Assembly (NCBI RefSeq): GCF_009914755.1
Contig: NC_060933.1
From: the human T2T-CHM13v2.0 reference genome, Homo sapiens
Length of the DNA: 64,000 nt
Reading direction: 5' to 3' (one strand)
The translations under genes and the position numbers were made by a program. A model generated the notes under the pieces. The model had not been told where the DNA came from, searched no databases, and saw only the letters and a list, made by a program, of their open reading frames with translations. Shown one piece after another: positions 46,858 through 64,000 of the stretch; the first letter of the stretch is position 1, and the number at the start of each line of letters is the position of its first letter.

Positions 46858-48139
46858 AAAGGAAACTTTTATAAATATCCAACATGTTATGTACTTATTT
46901 GAGAACAAGGAAGGAGGGAGACACAATGGGAGAACCTAGAAACTGGTATCCTAGCATTAGTTTAGAAGGAAAGGACTGAAGGTGGACAGGCCTGTTCAGC
47001 TGTCAGTCCCAGCCTGTGGTTCAGAGGAAAGGAAAAAGAGTTAGGCTGGGAGATACACAGGGACCCCACCCCAGAGCAGCCTCTGCTGAGAATCACCATG
47101 AGCCTTCTGTGGCAGTACCCTGCACATCTTGGGATGGTGCCTGCCCTTCACTGTACAAGAGAAAGAGAATTAGGGTAATTGACTGAAGAGTACAGGGAAA
47201 TTTCGTATCATGTTTTTTATCTGTTTTGTTTTGGTTTTGGTAAGTCAGGGACTGGAAGGAAATGTACTCGTTATCTATAATACCTTCTTCATTCTCCACC
47301 CTTGATTCACTTTGCCAGAAGATACAAGTTGGAGAAGGGGTATTTTGAGCCCCTCCTTGATTTCTCTCTTCAGTGGGGATGAAGGAAGCGGGTGGAGAGA
47401 AGAGCGAAGAGAGTGGTAGAGAGACTCAGGGAGGAAAGAAGAATCGAAATTCACCCTAACTGCCTGAGACCTTTGGTGGAACCTCTCTCATCAAGCCAGA
47501 GTCAGGAAGACATGAGGTCTGGTCCTGAGTTCACCACTGACTCACTAGGAGACCCTAGGCCTCCATTTCCTCATCTATAAATGGAGATCTTAAAAAGGGA
47601 GCTACCTTACAAGGCTGCCAGGAATGTTCAATGAAATGTAATATAAAACATCCAGCCCAGATATAAGTCCCGACCCTAATCCCTTTTTCTACATGAGGCG
47701 AGTCACACAGTGTCTGACTGTGACAAAAGCATATTCCTTTTGGACACCAATCACTGGGAGTAATTGGGGCTCCACAGACTTCTGAAAGTAGCTCAAGGTC
47801 CCCTGGGTACTTACGTTGCATCAGGGAAGGCACGCTGCTACTTGTAACTGCATTTCCAGAAGCTGGATCCATCGCATAATGCTAAGACAGGGTGAAGAAA
47901 GCTAATTTCGGAGCCCTTCCTTTCATTGATCAGCTCCTAGAATTTCTGAGCTTCTAAACGCAACCCAATGTCTTGAGACATTGACTTCTAGCTTTAGTAG
48001 GAGCCCAGTCTCAATGCTCACTCTCTCTTCCTGGGTCTTTTTGCTGCACTGGGCACTGAGGATCACGGTCCTCTAAAATCCCTCTACCAGCTTGGCTTCA
48101 TGACATTAATTGCTCTTGATTTTCTTATACCACTTAAAA

Positions 48140-48510
48140 TATGTTTAATTGTGGTAAAATACATAGAACATAAAATGTACCATCTTAACCATTTTTAAGT
48201 GCACAGTTTAGTAGTGTTCAGTACATTCACATTGTGGAACCAATCTCCAGAATTCTTCAGTTTCTCTGACACTCTATAAGCATTAAACAATAACGCCCCA
48301 CTTCCCCATGCCCCAGCCTCTGGCAACCACCATTCTGCTTTCCTTCTGTCTCTTTAAATATGACTACTCTACATACCTCATGTAAATGGGATTATACAGT
48401 ATTTGTCTTTTTGGGACTGACTGACTTCACTCAGCATAATGTCCTCAAGTTTTATCCATGTTGTAGTGTATGGCAGAATTTCTTTCCTTTTTATGGCTGA
48501 ATGATATGCC
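48140..48510 (-). mobile_element. L1MB 3' fragment within L2 relics
   Basis: TTAATTGTGGTAAAATACATAGAACATAAAATGTACCATCTTAACCATTTTTAAGTG. Confidence 0.8.
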
Positions 48511-49313
48511 TGTCCTCAAATTTTGACTGCTCTCTCCATCTTCCCTGGCTTCATTTCCTCCTCTTGTTCCTTAAATATTTGAGTATTCCAGAACTCTAAT
48601 TTTCATCCCAGTTTCTTATCAATTTACACATGGATTTGCCACAGTTTTATCCATGCCCATGGCTTCAGCTACCATCTATAGATGAATAACCCCAAATCTA
48701 GCTCTCCAGCCCAAATGAGATCCAGGCTGGATGGAAGGTCTACAGGCAACTATCTCCAATGCAGTATATTCAAAAACAAGTTCATCTCTCTCTACAAAAA
48801 GCCTTTTTCTCCACAAAAAGCCTTTTTCTCCTGTATTCTCAAGGAAAGATACCACCATCTATCCTGTTGCTAAAGTATAGGGGACAATTAATTGCTCTTT
48901 TGCCTCCTTAGTGCCATTTTCACCTTATTTTTGTCACCTTACTCTGATTTCTCCCTGGATAATTACCTACTCCTTCACATTCAGTGCTAGTGTTTCAAGT
49001 GGCCTTCCTACTTAGATACATGTGACATACGTGATCTTGTCCTCAGCCAGTCAGTGCATAAGGCCTTGATGAGCTTTATACATATTAGTTCATTTTATTC
49101 CTACAATAACCCTATGATTTGGGTACTACAGTTATTCCCAATTGACAGGTGAGGAAACTGAGCCCCAGAAAATTTATGTAACTTGTTTAAAGCTGCATAT
49201 TAAGTAAATGGCAGAGCTGGGACTCAAACTCAGGCTGTGCTCCAAGACCCAGTACATGACCACTCCATTACACAGTATGCTGCCTCTCACAGTTAGATAA
49301 AGAATGTGGAACT

Positions 49314-49606
49314 CAGCCAAGTATGGTGGTTCACGCCCAGCACTTTTGAAGGTCGAGGTGGGTGGATCACCTGAGGTCAGGAGTTCAAGAGCAGCCTGGC
49401 CAACATGGTGAAACCCCATCTCTACTAAAAAAAATACAAAAATTAACCGAGCATGGTGGCAGGTGCCTGTAATCCAGCTACTCAGGAGGCTGAGGCAGGG
49501 AGAATTGCCTGAACCCGGGAGGCAGAGGTTTCAGTGAGCCGAGATTGCACCCCACTGCACTCCAGCCTGGGCAACAGAGTGAGAATCTGTCTCAAAAAAA
49601 AAAAAA
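49314..49606 (+). mobile_element. Alu
   Basis: Alu consensus; TSD AATGTGGAACT. Confidence 0.9.
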
Positions 49607-50921
49607 TGTGGAACTGCAAACTGCTGAAAGTGCCCTGAATGACCCTGACCTAGCTGGGAGGTCAGAAGTCTTCTCGGAGAAAGCCACACCTGGGCACTCC
49701 TTGCATGAACCATAATTTAGCACCTAGTAATGATGGGAAAGGGGGTACCGAGTTACCAAGAGCAGGAGAAAGGACGAGCACAGGGTATAGTGAATTCTCT
49801 GGGGGCATGTTGAATTTGAGATGTCTTTGGATCATCCCCACTAAGCAATTAGATTTGTGAGTCTGAACTGCAGGTGTATTAAGCATTGTGTTTCCATTTG
49901 ATAGGGATTTAAATTGATAAATGTTTGTTGAATAACTGAATGAATAAATACCCTCAAGGGTGGGATAGAGCTTTAGGAACCTTTCAGTTTATGCCCTGCA
50001 GAGATGGTGACTGTTTGGCTGTGCCAGTTCACTCCTGCCAGGAACGAGGATTCCATTGGTTGGCAACAGCCCAGGTAATGGGAGATGGGCTCCTTCAGCT
50101 CAGAGGTGCCACTTTTGTTCCCAAAAGGCAGCACACTTCCTGCCCTAGACAGAGAGGTCCCTCTGGCCCCTGATTCCTGCCCAGTCTGGCCTGGCAAAGG
50201 GCAGCCCAAAGAGTCTACTGAACTCTACAAATAACCACAGAATCCCACAGAGCCCAGCTTTGACCTTTCAGGGTATCTTCCCTTCTCCCTCAACCTGTTC
50301 CTCTGTTAGAGGAGGAAGGGCTGGGATTTGACATGCCCTTGCTTTCTGAGCCCTGTGCCTCTAACTCCCTCCTGGAATGAAATCTGAGTTCCTAAAGGGA
50401 GGAGGTTTCTCCCCATGAGGGGGTTTCTGTGTCCAATCACACCTCCCTGCCTGATGTTTGAGGCTGGATGAGCCTGGGATGCCTCATGGGTCTCTGAGCC
50501 CTAGGCGTCCTCTGGCCCAGACAGTTCCCAGGCTGTTGGGAACGCCATGTCTTCTACCTCCAGAGTGAATTTCTCTGGTTTGTAGGAGGTGCCTTAGTTA
50601 GACCCAGCCAGGAAGCAGAGCTCCTATCACCATACCTGGGCTAGCAGGGGGGCCAAGCCTGGCTCACCAGGCTGACCAGTCTAGCAAGATTAGAACATCA
50701 GAGCAGAGGCCAGGAACAGTGCTGGCAGCCAGGTGCTTGGCTGAGGCCCCTGGCTCCCTTAGCAGGTGGGACAGCTGAGCAGAGCTGCCCTGAGCCCGCC
50801 TCCCCTGCTCTTCCCCACTGGGAGGGAGGGCTGGCAAAGCCCTGGCTCTGCCTCCCTGCAGCTCTGCCACTCAGGTCTCCCATGGTAAGTCTCTCCTTCC
50901 CCAGCACCTGTCCATTCCTAC

Positions 50922-51114
50922 CTTTTGGAAGCACCAGGAGGTGGGCCTGGGTCCTCTGCTGCCTCTTCAAGCCTTCATACTGGGCTCGCAGGAACTGGAT
51001 GCTGAGTGGGGGCCCTTTCCCAGGGGCCTGAGTCCTGGAGCCCTCAGCCATTAAGTGAGACCTAAGCTGCCAGAAGTGGGGCAGGGCTGGGCACGGGCAG
51101 GGCAACCCCTCCAT
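50922..51114 (-). CDS. C9orf152: C9orf152 coding exon 1 (MEGLPCPCPALPHFWQ…HLLVLPK-G)
   Basis: ATG at 51114-51112; 193 nt; AAG|GTAGGA donor at 50921; joins exon 2 in frame to give 239 aa. Confidence 0.93.
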
Positions 51115-51900
51115 CCGGATCCGGGAGAAAAGCAAACACAGCTGGGTGGGGCAGGACCTGGGGAGGGGAGAGAGAGGGAGGGGGCAGTGAGGGAGAAGGA
51201 GAAGTGACGGGCAAAAGGAGGGTGGAAAGAGGAGTGGGACTGAGGAAGGAGATAGAAAAATAAGGGGGAAGGAGAAAGATGAAGGGGAAGAGGAGGTAGG
51301 GATAGGGAGAAATGTGGGGGAGGAGAAAGGTGGGAGACAGTGGCAGTAAGAGGAGAAGGAAATGTCAGAGGAAAGAAGGGGCAGCGAAGGGGGAAAGACT
51401 GGAGGAAGGAGGTGATAGTGACAAGCGGGGATTAATGGGGCGAGAGAAGAAAGAGAGGGAGGAAGATGGAGACAGGCAGGAGGAGGCAGGGAAAGGAGTG
51501 ATGGGGAGTGGGAGACCGAGAAGTAAGGGGAGGACTGGGGGAGCAAAGAGAAAGGCAAGCCCAGCTGCTCAGAGCCCTTCAGGGGGGTCAAGAAGGTGTC
51601 TTATTCCAGGTCCTTCCATTGCTTGATCCTAAAGTTTAGAATCCAATTCCCAGTGCCACGGTGAAGTCTCCCCTTTCCTGGCAGAGCTGGGACTGGGGCT
51701 GGGGAGTGCTAAGCTCGCGCTCTGCTCACACATTTTGGACTGGAACGTGGCCACTTTTCAGCAAACCTGCCGGTTGGGTTTGCAGTAGTTCAAAGAACAC
51801 CCTCGGGAGCTTCACAAGGTCGGTGCCTCTGGATGTGTGCCCCGCGGCCACACCCTAAAGAAACCCAGTAGCAAAGATCTCCCCAAGATCTCCACTCAGA
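51115..51900 (-). promoter_or_regulatory. C9orf152 pyrimidine-rich 5' leader and putative promoter
   Basis: Repeat-free region upstream of the ATG with local CpG enrichment at ~51650-51850; DR1-like AGTTCAAAGAACA at 51787-51799; exact TSS not determinable from sequence. Confidence 0.5.
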
Positions 51901-52347
51901 CCCCAACACACACCCCAGGTGAAAATTCAGCCCTAAAGTCAGCCATGGGACAGAGCCCAGGGGAATCTTGGCCTCGGGCCAGCCCTACCCCTTGGACATT
52001 TGGTGCAGCCTCTGCCGTCTCAGCATTCTCCAACCAAGTGGTAAGTTAGGCATCCCCTCACTCTCTGCTTGCCAGCCTCAACATTTCCACATTGCTTTTG
52101 AATCCCAGACCCTCTCCCTCTTACACCAGCTTTGACCTAGCCTTGCTGCATTTGGTCAACTAAGTCCCTTTCTATCTTCTCCTATCACGGTGCTTACTGA
52201 TTACCCAATTACCCAATATGTCTACAGAGGCAATGGAAACAGAGTAGAGCCTGAACCTACAAGACATTTTGGACATTAACCAGACAAGATCTAGTCATTT
52301 GATGTGGGGGAGCCGTGGAAGATGGAGAGCAAATCTTCACTGGGTAG

Positions 52348-52995
<648 letters not shown>

Positions 52996-53146
52996 ATCTG
53001 TCTCAAAAAAATACCGAGAGAGATAGCCAAAGCTTCCTCATACCTTTTTATCGGTAGATCACTCTATCATGAAGGCAAGAGCAACCCATCCATGCTGGAC
53101 CAGCTGCACCTGCCATGAAATCATGGCAGTAGACATCATGGCAGTA

Positions 53147-53480
53147 GGCTGGCCACAATGGCTCACAACTGTAATCCCAGCACTTTGGGAGGCTGAGGTG
53201 GGTGTATTGATTGTGCCCTGGAGTTCAGGACCAGCCTGGGCAACATAGTGAAACTCTGTATCTACAAAAATTAGCCAGGCATGGTGGCACATGCCTGTAG
53301 TCCGAGCTACTCGGGTGGCTGAGGTGGGATGATCACTTGAACCCAGAAGCTCGAGGCTGAAATGAGCCATGATTGCACCACTGTACTTCAGCCTGGGTAA
53401 CAGAGTGAGCTCCTGTCTCAGAAAGAAAAGAGAAGAGAAGAGAAGAGAAGAGAAGAGAAGAGAAGAGAAGAGGAGGAGAG
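53147..53480 (+). mobile_element. Alu (J-like) with (AAGAG)n tail
   Basis: Alu consensus; flanking ATGGCAGTA repeats. Confidence 0.9.
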
Positions 53481-54969
53481 AAATAATGGCAGTAGAAATT
53501 TCTACTATATTTTCGCATTTACTTGTCAGCCTTCATCTTTTAGTATTAACAGTTTTTGTCTTTTTCTATATGGGTGCGTTTGTGGATATTTTGATGAGAA
53601 GTAAATTGAGGCTGTCTACTGCTGATTGAATGCCTTTTAGGAGCTTAAATTCCTTCTTTTAGTTCATATAGTTCCTCTTTCTTTTAAAACTCAAATCTTT
53701 AATCCATTTGAAATTTATTTTGGTGTTGTGTTAGGTATAAGGCAAGGATCTAGGGGTTTTTTCCTCCAAATAATTGACCAGTTGTTTCAATAGCACTTAC
53801 TGAATAAACTTTCCTTTCCTTGGTCTGTGATAACAATAACAATAGTATAAGAAAAAACTGGCAACTCTATCTCATCCCAGGGAGTCTTCAGAAATAAATG
53901 AAAAAAGATGATCAAGCCTGGAGTTTGTTCTGGGTGGCTGCCACTAAATGGGTGACTTTCATTATCCAGGTATATCCTTCAGAGGAACTGGAAATAAGCT
54001 TCAAAGTTGTTCAGGGCTGGAGACGCTGGAGTAGGAATAAGATGTCTTGTGATTCTAGGGAATATTTTGTTTTTCTGTATATATGTAAACTGTATGGAAC
54101 ATGAAATGTCCCATTCTGGTTGAGAGATAAGACTGTGCTTAATGTAGCAGGTTAGTTCATTACCGGAACCAGCATCCCTACAGCCCTCCCTGGAGCTTCC
54201 AGTAAAATAACTTAGACCAGAGGCTCCAGGTCCACTCCTGTCCAGGGGATCCAGCTATTCTGTGAGACTTGAGTGGCAACAGGTATCACTCACAACTGGG
54301 GTACCACTCCAGAGAGAATGACTCAGACAATAACCCTGTCCATACAAAGACCAGTCATTGGTGGGTAGAGACTCAGAGACTTGAAGAAGGAATCCCTTAG
54401 GGAGCTGGCTTGAGAGCAGCAGGCTGGGTCAGCCCAGTATACAGTGGGGGCAGGACAGGAGTGGTGGATCCTGTTCTTGTGAAGAACTTCAGTTTGGAGT
54501 TCTTTCCACTGGAGACTCCAGGAAAACTTGAGTTACCCTGTTCTTTCACTTTTCCTCTCCCCTATAATAAGTTCGCTCTGAGATTATCCCATCCCTGAAG
54601 CCTAGTGATCTAGCCTTAGAGAATCAAGAGGGCAAGATTGCAAGGGATGGAGGCTTCCCTGTGCTCTCTTCTCTCTGGTTCCAATGAGGAGGGGACCTTG
54701 TCCTATGGAGTGGACTGTGATTTGCAGGTGTATGAATGACAGTGTCCACAGGAGAGCCAAGTATGACGAAGAAGGACTCAGGATGTCAAGAAGTGCTTCA
54801 GGGCAGACAGACTAAAAAATTCAAAGCTCTCAGCCTTAAGAGTAAGGGAGATTCCTCTCTGAAAAAAGAGAGGCTAGGCTAGACATATGAAAACAATAGT
54901 TATAACCATTGATCTAAAACTGCAGTGGGTCAGATATGTGCTAATCACTCTATGTAAATGATCAATTTT

Positions 54970-55530
54970 TTCATTATGGTAATATTTGTGTAAATGAAAT
55001 TGACTATTTTAACAATTTTTCAGTGTACAGTTCAGTGGCATTGCATCCATTCACAGTGCCCTGCAACAATCACCATTATTTCCAGCGTATCCATCATCGC
55101 AAACAGAAACTCTGTACCCATTAAATAATGCTCCCCACTTCCCTACATCCCTGGCAACCTCTACTATACTTCCTGTCCCTATGACTTTAGTACCCAACCT
55201 AAGTGGAATCATACAATATTTGTAATATATTGGACTGGCTTATTTCACTTAACATGTTGTCAAGGCCCATTCATGTTGTAAACATTCATCAGAACTTCGT
55301 TCCTTTTTATGGCTGAATAATATTCCATTGTATGGACAGGCCACAGTTTGTTTACCCATTCATCTGTTGATGGAGATTTGGGTTGTTTCCACCTTTTGGC
55401 TATTGGGAATAGTGCTGCTATGAACATTGATATACAAGTGTGTGTTTGCATTCCTGCTGTGAATTCTTTTGGAAAAGCTGGACTATATAATAATTCTATG
55501 TTTAGCTTTTTTGAGGAACCTGGACAAAAT
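54970..55530 (-). mobile_element. L1MB 3' fragment
   Basis: ORF 55260-55451 resembles the L1 ORF2 C-terminus (MFIAALFPIAKRWKQPKSPS). Confidence 0.85.
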
Positions 55531-55653
55531 TAAATTTAATTTCTCATGAGAACACTGTGAGAGAAGAAACATTACTATCCTTTCTCCTTCACCTTTTACA
55601 CCCAAACCATCTCTAGGCCTGGGAGATACAAGCTCTAAAAGATACCTGAAATC

Positions 55654-57029
<1,376 letters not shown>

Positions 57030-57564
57030 TAAGATGTCCTCTCTTAGCAGTATGCCTTTGGGCCAGTTACTTAACTTCACTGTGCCTGCAGATAGAGCGA
57101 TTACCAAAGAGAGGGAGCCGGCTTGAGCTGAGCAAACAAGCAAAACGGACTTCATCAAGCATTGCCTTCCAGGTGCTAGGCACGTGACAATATTGCGCAT
57201 GTGTTGACTCATTTAATCTGTTTAACTCTATAAAGTAGATGCCAAATTATTATTATTATCATCCCCATTTTCCAGATGGGAAACTTGAAACTCAGCAAGG
57301 GACTTTCCAACTCCAAATGCTTTTCCTCTCCGGAGCGTCACTGCTCTATGCCAGTTACATACAGAGTAATATATTGGAATGCTATTTGCCTGGGGACAGT
57401 AAAGTCCCACCTCCAGCCTTGATCAGGATCCAGGTGTAGTCAACAGATCCCAGTCTGGCTAATTTAAGCAGAAAGAGATTTCACATGGGGAATTGGTGCT
57501 GGTAAAATTATTAGCAGAGCAGGAAGAGCAACATTAGGCCTCCAGACCACTCTTCCTCTACCCT

Positions 57565-58142
57565 TGTAGTTTTTCCAAAGATGGATAAACACTATCTTTC
57601 ATCTCATATACCCTTTGGCAACTGAGCTTGCCATTCCCTCATCAAGAGGTGGAGCCTGTATCACTTTCTTAAGTGTGAGTTGGTTGAGTGGTATCATTTG
57701 GCTAACAGAATGTGGTAGAAATGACTCTGTGTCTGTTCCTGGTGTAGCCCTAACTGCGGCTTCTGGCAGCTTCTGATTCCTGCTGTTTGGAATGCTGACT
57801 GTTGGGATGTGCCTCCTCTGAGCCTGGACACCACGTCATGGGCAGCCTGAACAACACAGTGAGGTGTGTCACGGTAGGTGCGTCAGCCACCAAATTCTGG
57901 TGAATTCCCAGCCAATAGCTGGCTTCAACTGCCAGAGAGTGAGACCCCAGGACATCCAGCCCAGTTGAGCCATCAAATAACTGTAGCCCGGTGCACATCT
58001 GAATGTAACGTCATAAGAGAGCCCAAGGGAAGCTTACCTACTTGAGCCCAGTTTATGCTTAGACCATGAGAAGTAATAATAAATTTTGTTTTAAGTCACT
58101 AAGTTTGGGGATGGTTCATTACACAGCAACAGATAACTGGAA
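57565..58142 (+). mobile_element. MLT1-type LTR
   Basis: CATCAAGAGGTGGAG…TTTTAAGTCACTAAGTTTGGGGATGGTTCATTACACAGCAACAGATAAC. Confidence 0.75.
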
Positions 58143-58879
58143 TATTTCTGATTATGTATGAGTATACTACCACTGCTGCTGAAGCTGCTGAACAGGAAAA
58201 CCACCTGCCAAATTAGGAAACTTCTAGGACAGCTCTTTGCCCCCAAACCACACCACCTGGGCCATGAACCACACCTACAAAATGGGCGCCTGCATCCTGC
58301 CTCTTTGCCCATAGAATCTTAGGAAAGCACAGCTGATTGCTCAACCCAAAGCATGTCCAGAATCCTAACTGCAAGGAAATCTGGGAAATGTAGCTTTTAA
58401 AAGCTCCCCAGCCTTTGTAAGATAAAAGATTTAAATGGATATCGAAATAAGCAATCCACAGTACAGCCACCCATCCTAATTCCTAAATCACCAAGCAATA
58501 GCAAGACTCAAGAAAATAGAGGGAATGTTTAAAAAAGTTATGCTGCATAATTCAGACTCTTTTCACCCAAGATATCTTTTGCATTTATTATTCTATAGAC
58601 CTTTGGGACACAGCTCAGCACACTCAATTATTATCATGTTCAAAGAGATCTTAGCTGTATCTGGCTGTATTTCTATATCTCTTCTGAAAGTTCTTTGATC
58701 TTTGCTATCCACTTAGCAAATACACAAGGCAAAAGAAACAAATGATAGCACTTGGTGATTGGTTACATTTTAACCAAAAGGATGCAGAAATCTTTGTAGG
58801 TTGTCATTGTACATAAAAATGGAATATTTTATAGTCTTAAAACATAGGTAAGTTTTATTTTAAAATTGGTTGTAGGTTG

Positions 58880-59740
58880 AGCTTTTTATTTATGTGGGGT
58901 AAAACTCACACTATAGAAAACTCACCATTTTAACCATTTAACATAAACAGTTCAGCAGCATTTAGTACATTCACAATGTTGTACAATCACCACCTCTATC
59001 TACTTCTAAAACATTTTCATCACCCCAAAGAGAAACCTCATATCCATTAAGAAGTCATTCTCAGCGGTGGCTCATGCCTGTAATCCCAGCATTTTGGGAG
59101 GCTGAGGCAGGTGGACCACCTGAGGTCAGGAGTTCGAGACCAGCCTGAGTAACATGGAGACACCCCGTCTCTACTGAAAACACAAAAATTAGCAGAGTAT
59201 GGTGGTGCACGCCTGTAATACCAGCTACTGGGATTACTGAGGCACAAGAATCTCTTGAACCTGGGAGGCGGAGGTTGCAGTGAGCCGAGATGGAGACACT
59301 GCACTCCAGACTGGGTGAAAGAGTGAGACTCAAAAAAAAAGAAGTCATTCTCCCTTCCCTCTGTTCCCAGCCACTGGCAATCACTCTGCTTTCTTCCTTT
59401 AAACATTTGACTACTCTGGATATTTCAAATAAGTGGAATCATACAGTGTGTGACTTTTTGTTCTGTTTTCTTTCACTCATCATGTTTTCAAGGTTCATTC
59501 TATGTTGTAGCATATATCAACACTTCACTCTTTCTTATGATTGAACAATACTCCATTGTGTGGATATATCTTTTATTGTTTATCTATTCATTCACTGATA
59601 GACATTTGAGTTGTTTCCACCTTTTGGCTATTGTGAATTGTGCTGATATGAATACTCATGCTAAGTTTTTGTTTAAATACCTATTTTCTATTCTTTGGAG
59701 TATATACTCAGGAATGGAATTACTGGGTCATATGATTGTT
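58880..59740 (-). mobile_element. L1MB fragment interrupted by an Alu (59063-59340)
   Basis: TAGTACATTCACAATGTTGTACAATCACCACC; Alu TSD AAGAAGTCATTCTC. Confidence 0.8.
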
Positions 59741-60665
59741 GTATGTTATTTTTATTGCAAAACTTACTTGGCTGAAATTGTGTTGCATTTTGATGATACT
59801 GAAAGATTTTTGCATTGTATGTTTTGGCTTTTCTGTTGATATTCCAAGAGCTCTGCCCTATAGCAGGCTGGCTTTTGTGTGTTAGTTGGTTAGTGTGTTT
59901 GGTCTTTTAGAAAGGGGATTACAGTTTATAATTTTTCATCATGTGCTGGCAAAATAACTCCCTGGCTAGAAACAAGATTTGGACAGGAAACAACAGCTTC
60001 TGACCTATTTGTAATTCTTTTCCCATCCCTATTATTTCAAATGGATTGAAAGTCAATTAGAAAAAATGCACAGAAGTTCTCCCAGATTTATTTTTCTGTG
60101 TCCTATCAGAATCATTACCAATGAAGCTGTTGCTTTTTGTAATAATTGTATAAAATCATTAAGTGAAATTTAGAGGCAGCATAGCAATTATGTATTTGGA
60201 GTTCGCAGCCAGAATACCTGAGTTTGAATTCCAGCTGTTCAATTTACTACTTGTGATATATTGGGCAAGTTCCTTACTATCTCTGTGCCTCAGTTTCCTC
60301 ATCCGTAAAATGGACCTAATAATAGAAACTTTGTAAGGATGCAGTCTTTAGAACAGTGTCTGGCATGAGGTCAGCGTTTGTTGAATATAAATCCACAAAT
60401 TCCTCCGGATAATTACAATACCCATTACCAAGATAATAAATTAGCTCTTAATCTATAAGGAGGTCCTTATTTATTTTAGTTTGACAATGCCTGTCAATTT
60501 TCTACAAAAGAACAGAGATTTCCCCAATAGATATCCTATAAAAGATATTGAAGGAACACTATGGGACAATCAAATTTAATAATTCATCTAAAATACCTAA
60601 GAACAGATATTACAAAATTTAAAAACAGTTTTACCAATGACAAAACACAATGTACTATAACAGCC

Positions 60666-62400
<1,735 letters not shown>

Positions 62401-63454
62401 CAGCTGCTATTTAGTGAGCTCCTAAGGGCTGGAACACGCAGAACAGAACCACAGGCCAGACCAGACATTTGCCTGCCATCGACTCCCCTTCTGGGAAGCA
62501 CAAAGGCTCCCCATGCAAGCTCGGTGCCATGTGACCTCACCACTCTCCCTGAGCAGCCATCTAGGGTCAGCCAGAAGCCTGTGAAGTGGCCTGGGGTGGA
62601 AGCTGTAGTAAGCAGGGCTCCTATACAGGAGGGTAGCAGGTCCAGCTAATTGGACTTCCAAAATAAAACAGGGAAGAGACCCTTCATCCACAGTCAAAGA
62701 AAAGACATGGAAAGTATATGAACCATGATTATGATAGAACACCAGAATGAATGATGCCTGATGTGGGGGTGGCCAGGACTGCCTCCCATCCCAAAGACAG
62801 TACAGTAGCCCCAAGGAATTCCAGCTAGGGCTCATGACTGTTACCTTCCCTGAGCATCTTCACCATAAACCCAAATTAACCCAGGTGGCTCTGACATCAA
62901 AGAGTCTAACCAACAAACATGCTTTAAATACGCCATCCCATTTCATCCTCACAAGCTTCCTAAAAAACAGGTATTATCATCCCCATCTTACAGATGAAGT
63001 ACTCCAGGCTCAGAAAGCTTCAGTGAGCCACCTCAGGTCCTGCAGCTAAAAACTGGCAGCACAGGTTTTATACCTACTTTGTTCTGTTCTCAAAGCTCAT
63101 GTTTATTCCACTACCCCATACCTCATATCCCATGGTATTGAAGCCTGAGTTTATTGGAGTCATGAGATGTTCTCCCCACATTTTATTATAACAAAACCCT
63201 CTTTAAAAAAATTACTAGGTTAAACAACTTTAGTCAAGTTGTCAGATAATGTTTTGTACAAGCTTTAAAATAAGTGAACACCTAGGTACAACTTGATCTT
63301 TTGCTGCATAATCTTCGAGTATTCCTTTAATCAACTCACCCTGAATCTAATCATTGAAAAGTCTTTCCCAGCAGTTTGGCCCCACACTCTTGGGGACTGT
63401 TCTCTGTTTAAGCTGTGGTCGGATGACTGCTGTCCAAAGTCGCTTAAATTAAAT

Positions 63455-63935
<481 letters not shown>

Positions 63936-64000
63936 TTAAACGGTTGCTTGTCAAGCTACCTACTTTCAGAGAAACTTTTTTTTCCTTTTTTTTTTTCTTT

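Noticed and set aside
50698-51591. 297-aa single-exon ORF
   Set aside because: Starts at TTG, first 159 codons are low-complexity leader, and the tail runs past the exon-1 donor into the intron; only 51114-50922 is supported CDS

Overview
Human (primate, Alu-rich) genomic DNA, recognisable as the chr9q31.3 PALM2AKAP2(AKAP2)-C9orf152 interval. + strand: the last exons of AKAP2/PALM2AKAP2 (exon end 1-22, a 39-nt cassette exon 5622-5660, terminal coding exon 11927-12025) and a ~4-kb 3'UTR ending near 16040. - strand: the two-exon gene C9orf152 (CDS 51114-50922 + 45008-44482, 239 aa; AATAAA at 43113-43118). A degenerate tRNA-Arg(TCG) sits at 42053-42125. The rest is mostly Alu, L1, L2, MIR, LTR (THE1, MLT1, LTR8, LTR18, MER4) and DNA-transposon relics; nearly all other ORFs in the track are repeat-derived noise. 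I found no wholly new gene system. The best unexplained structure is a ~240-bp inverted repeat with a 100-bp perfect core around a 1.3-kb spacer just past the AKAP2 poly(A) site. Also notable: a 216-bp templated duplication inserted into an Alu, a TSD-flanked retroposed mRNA stub, two candidate cryptic exons in the C9orf152 intron, and the splicing-motif context of the AKAP2 cassette exon. Repeat family names and boundaries come from recalled consensus sequences and are approximate.
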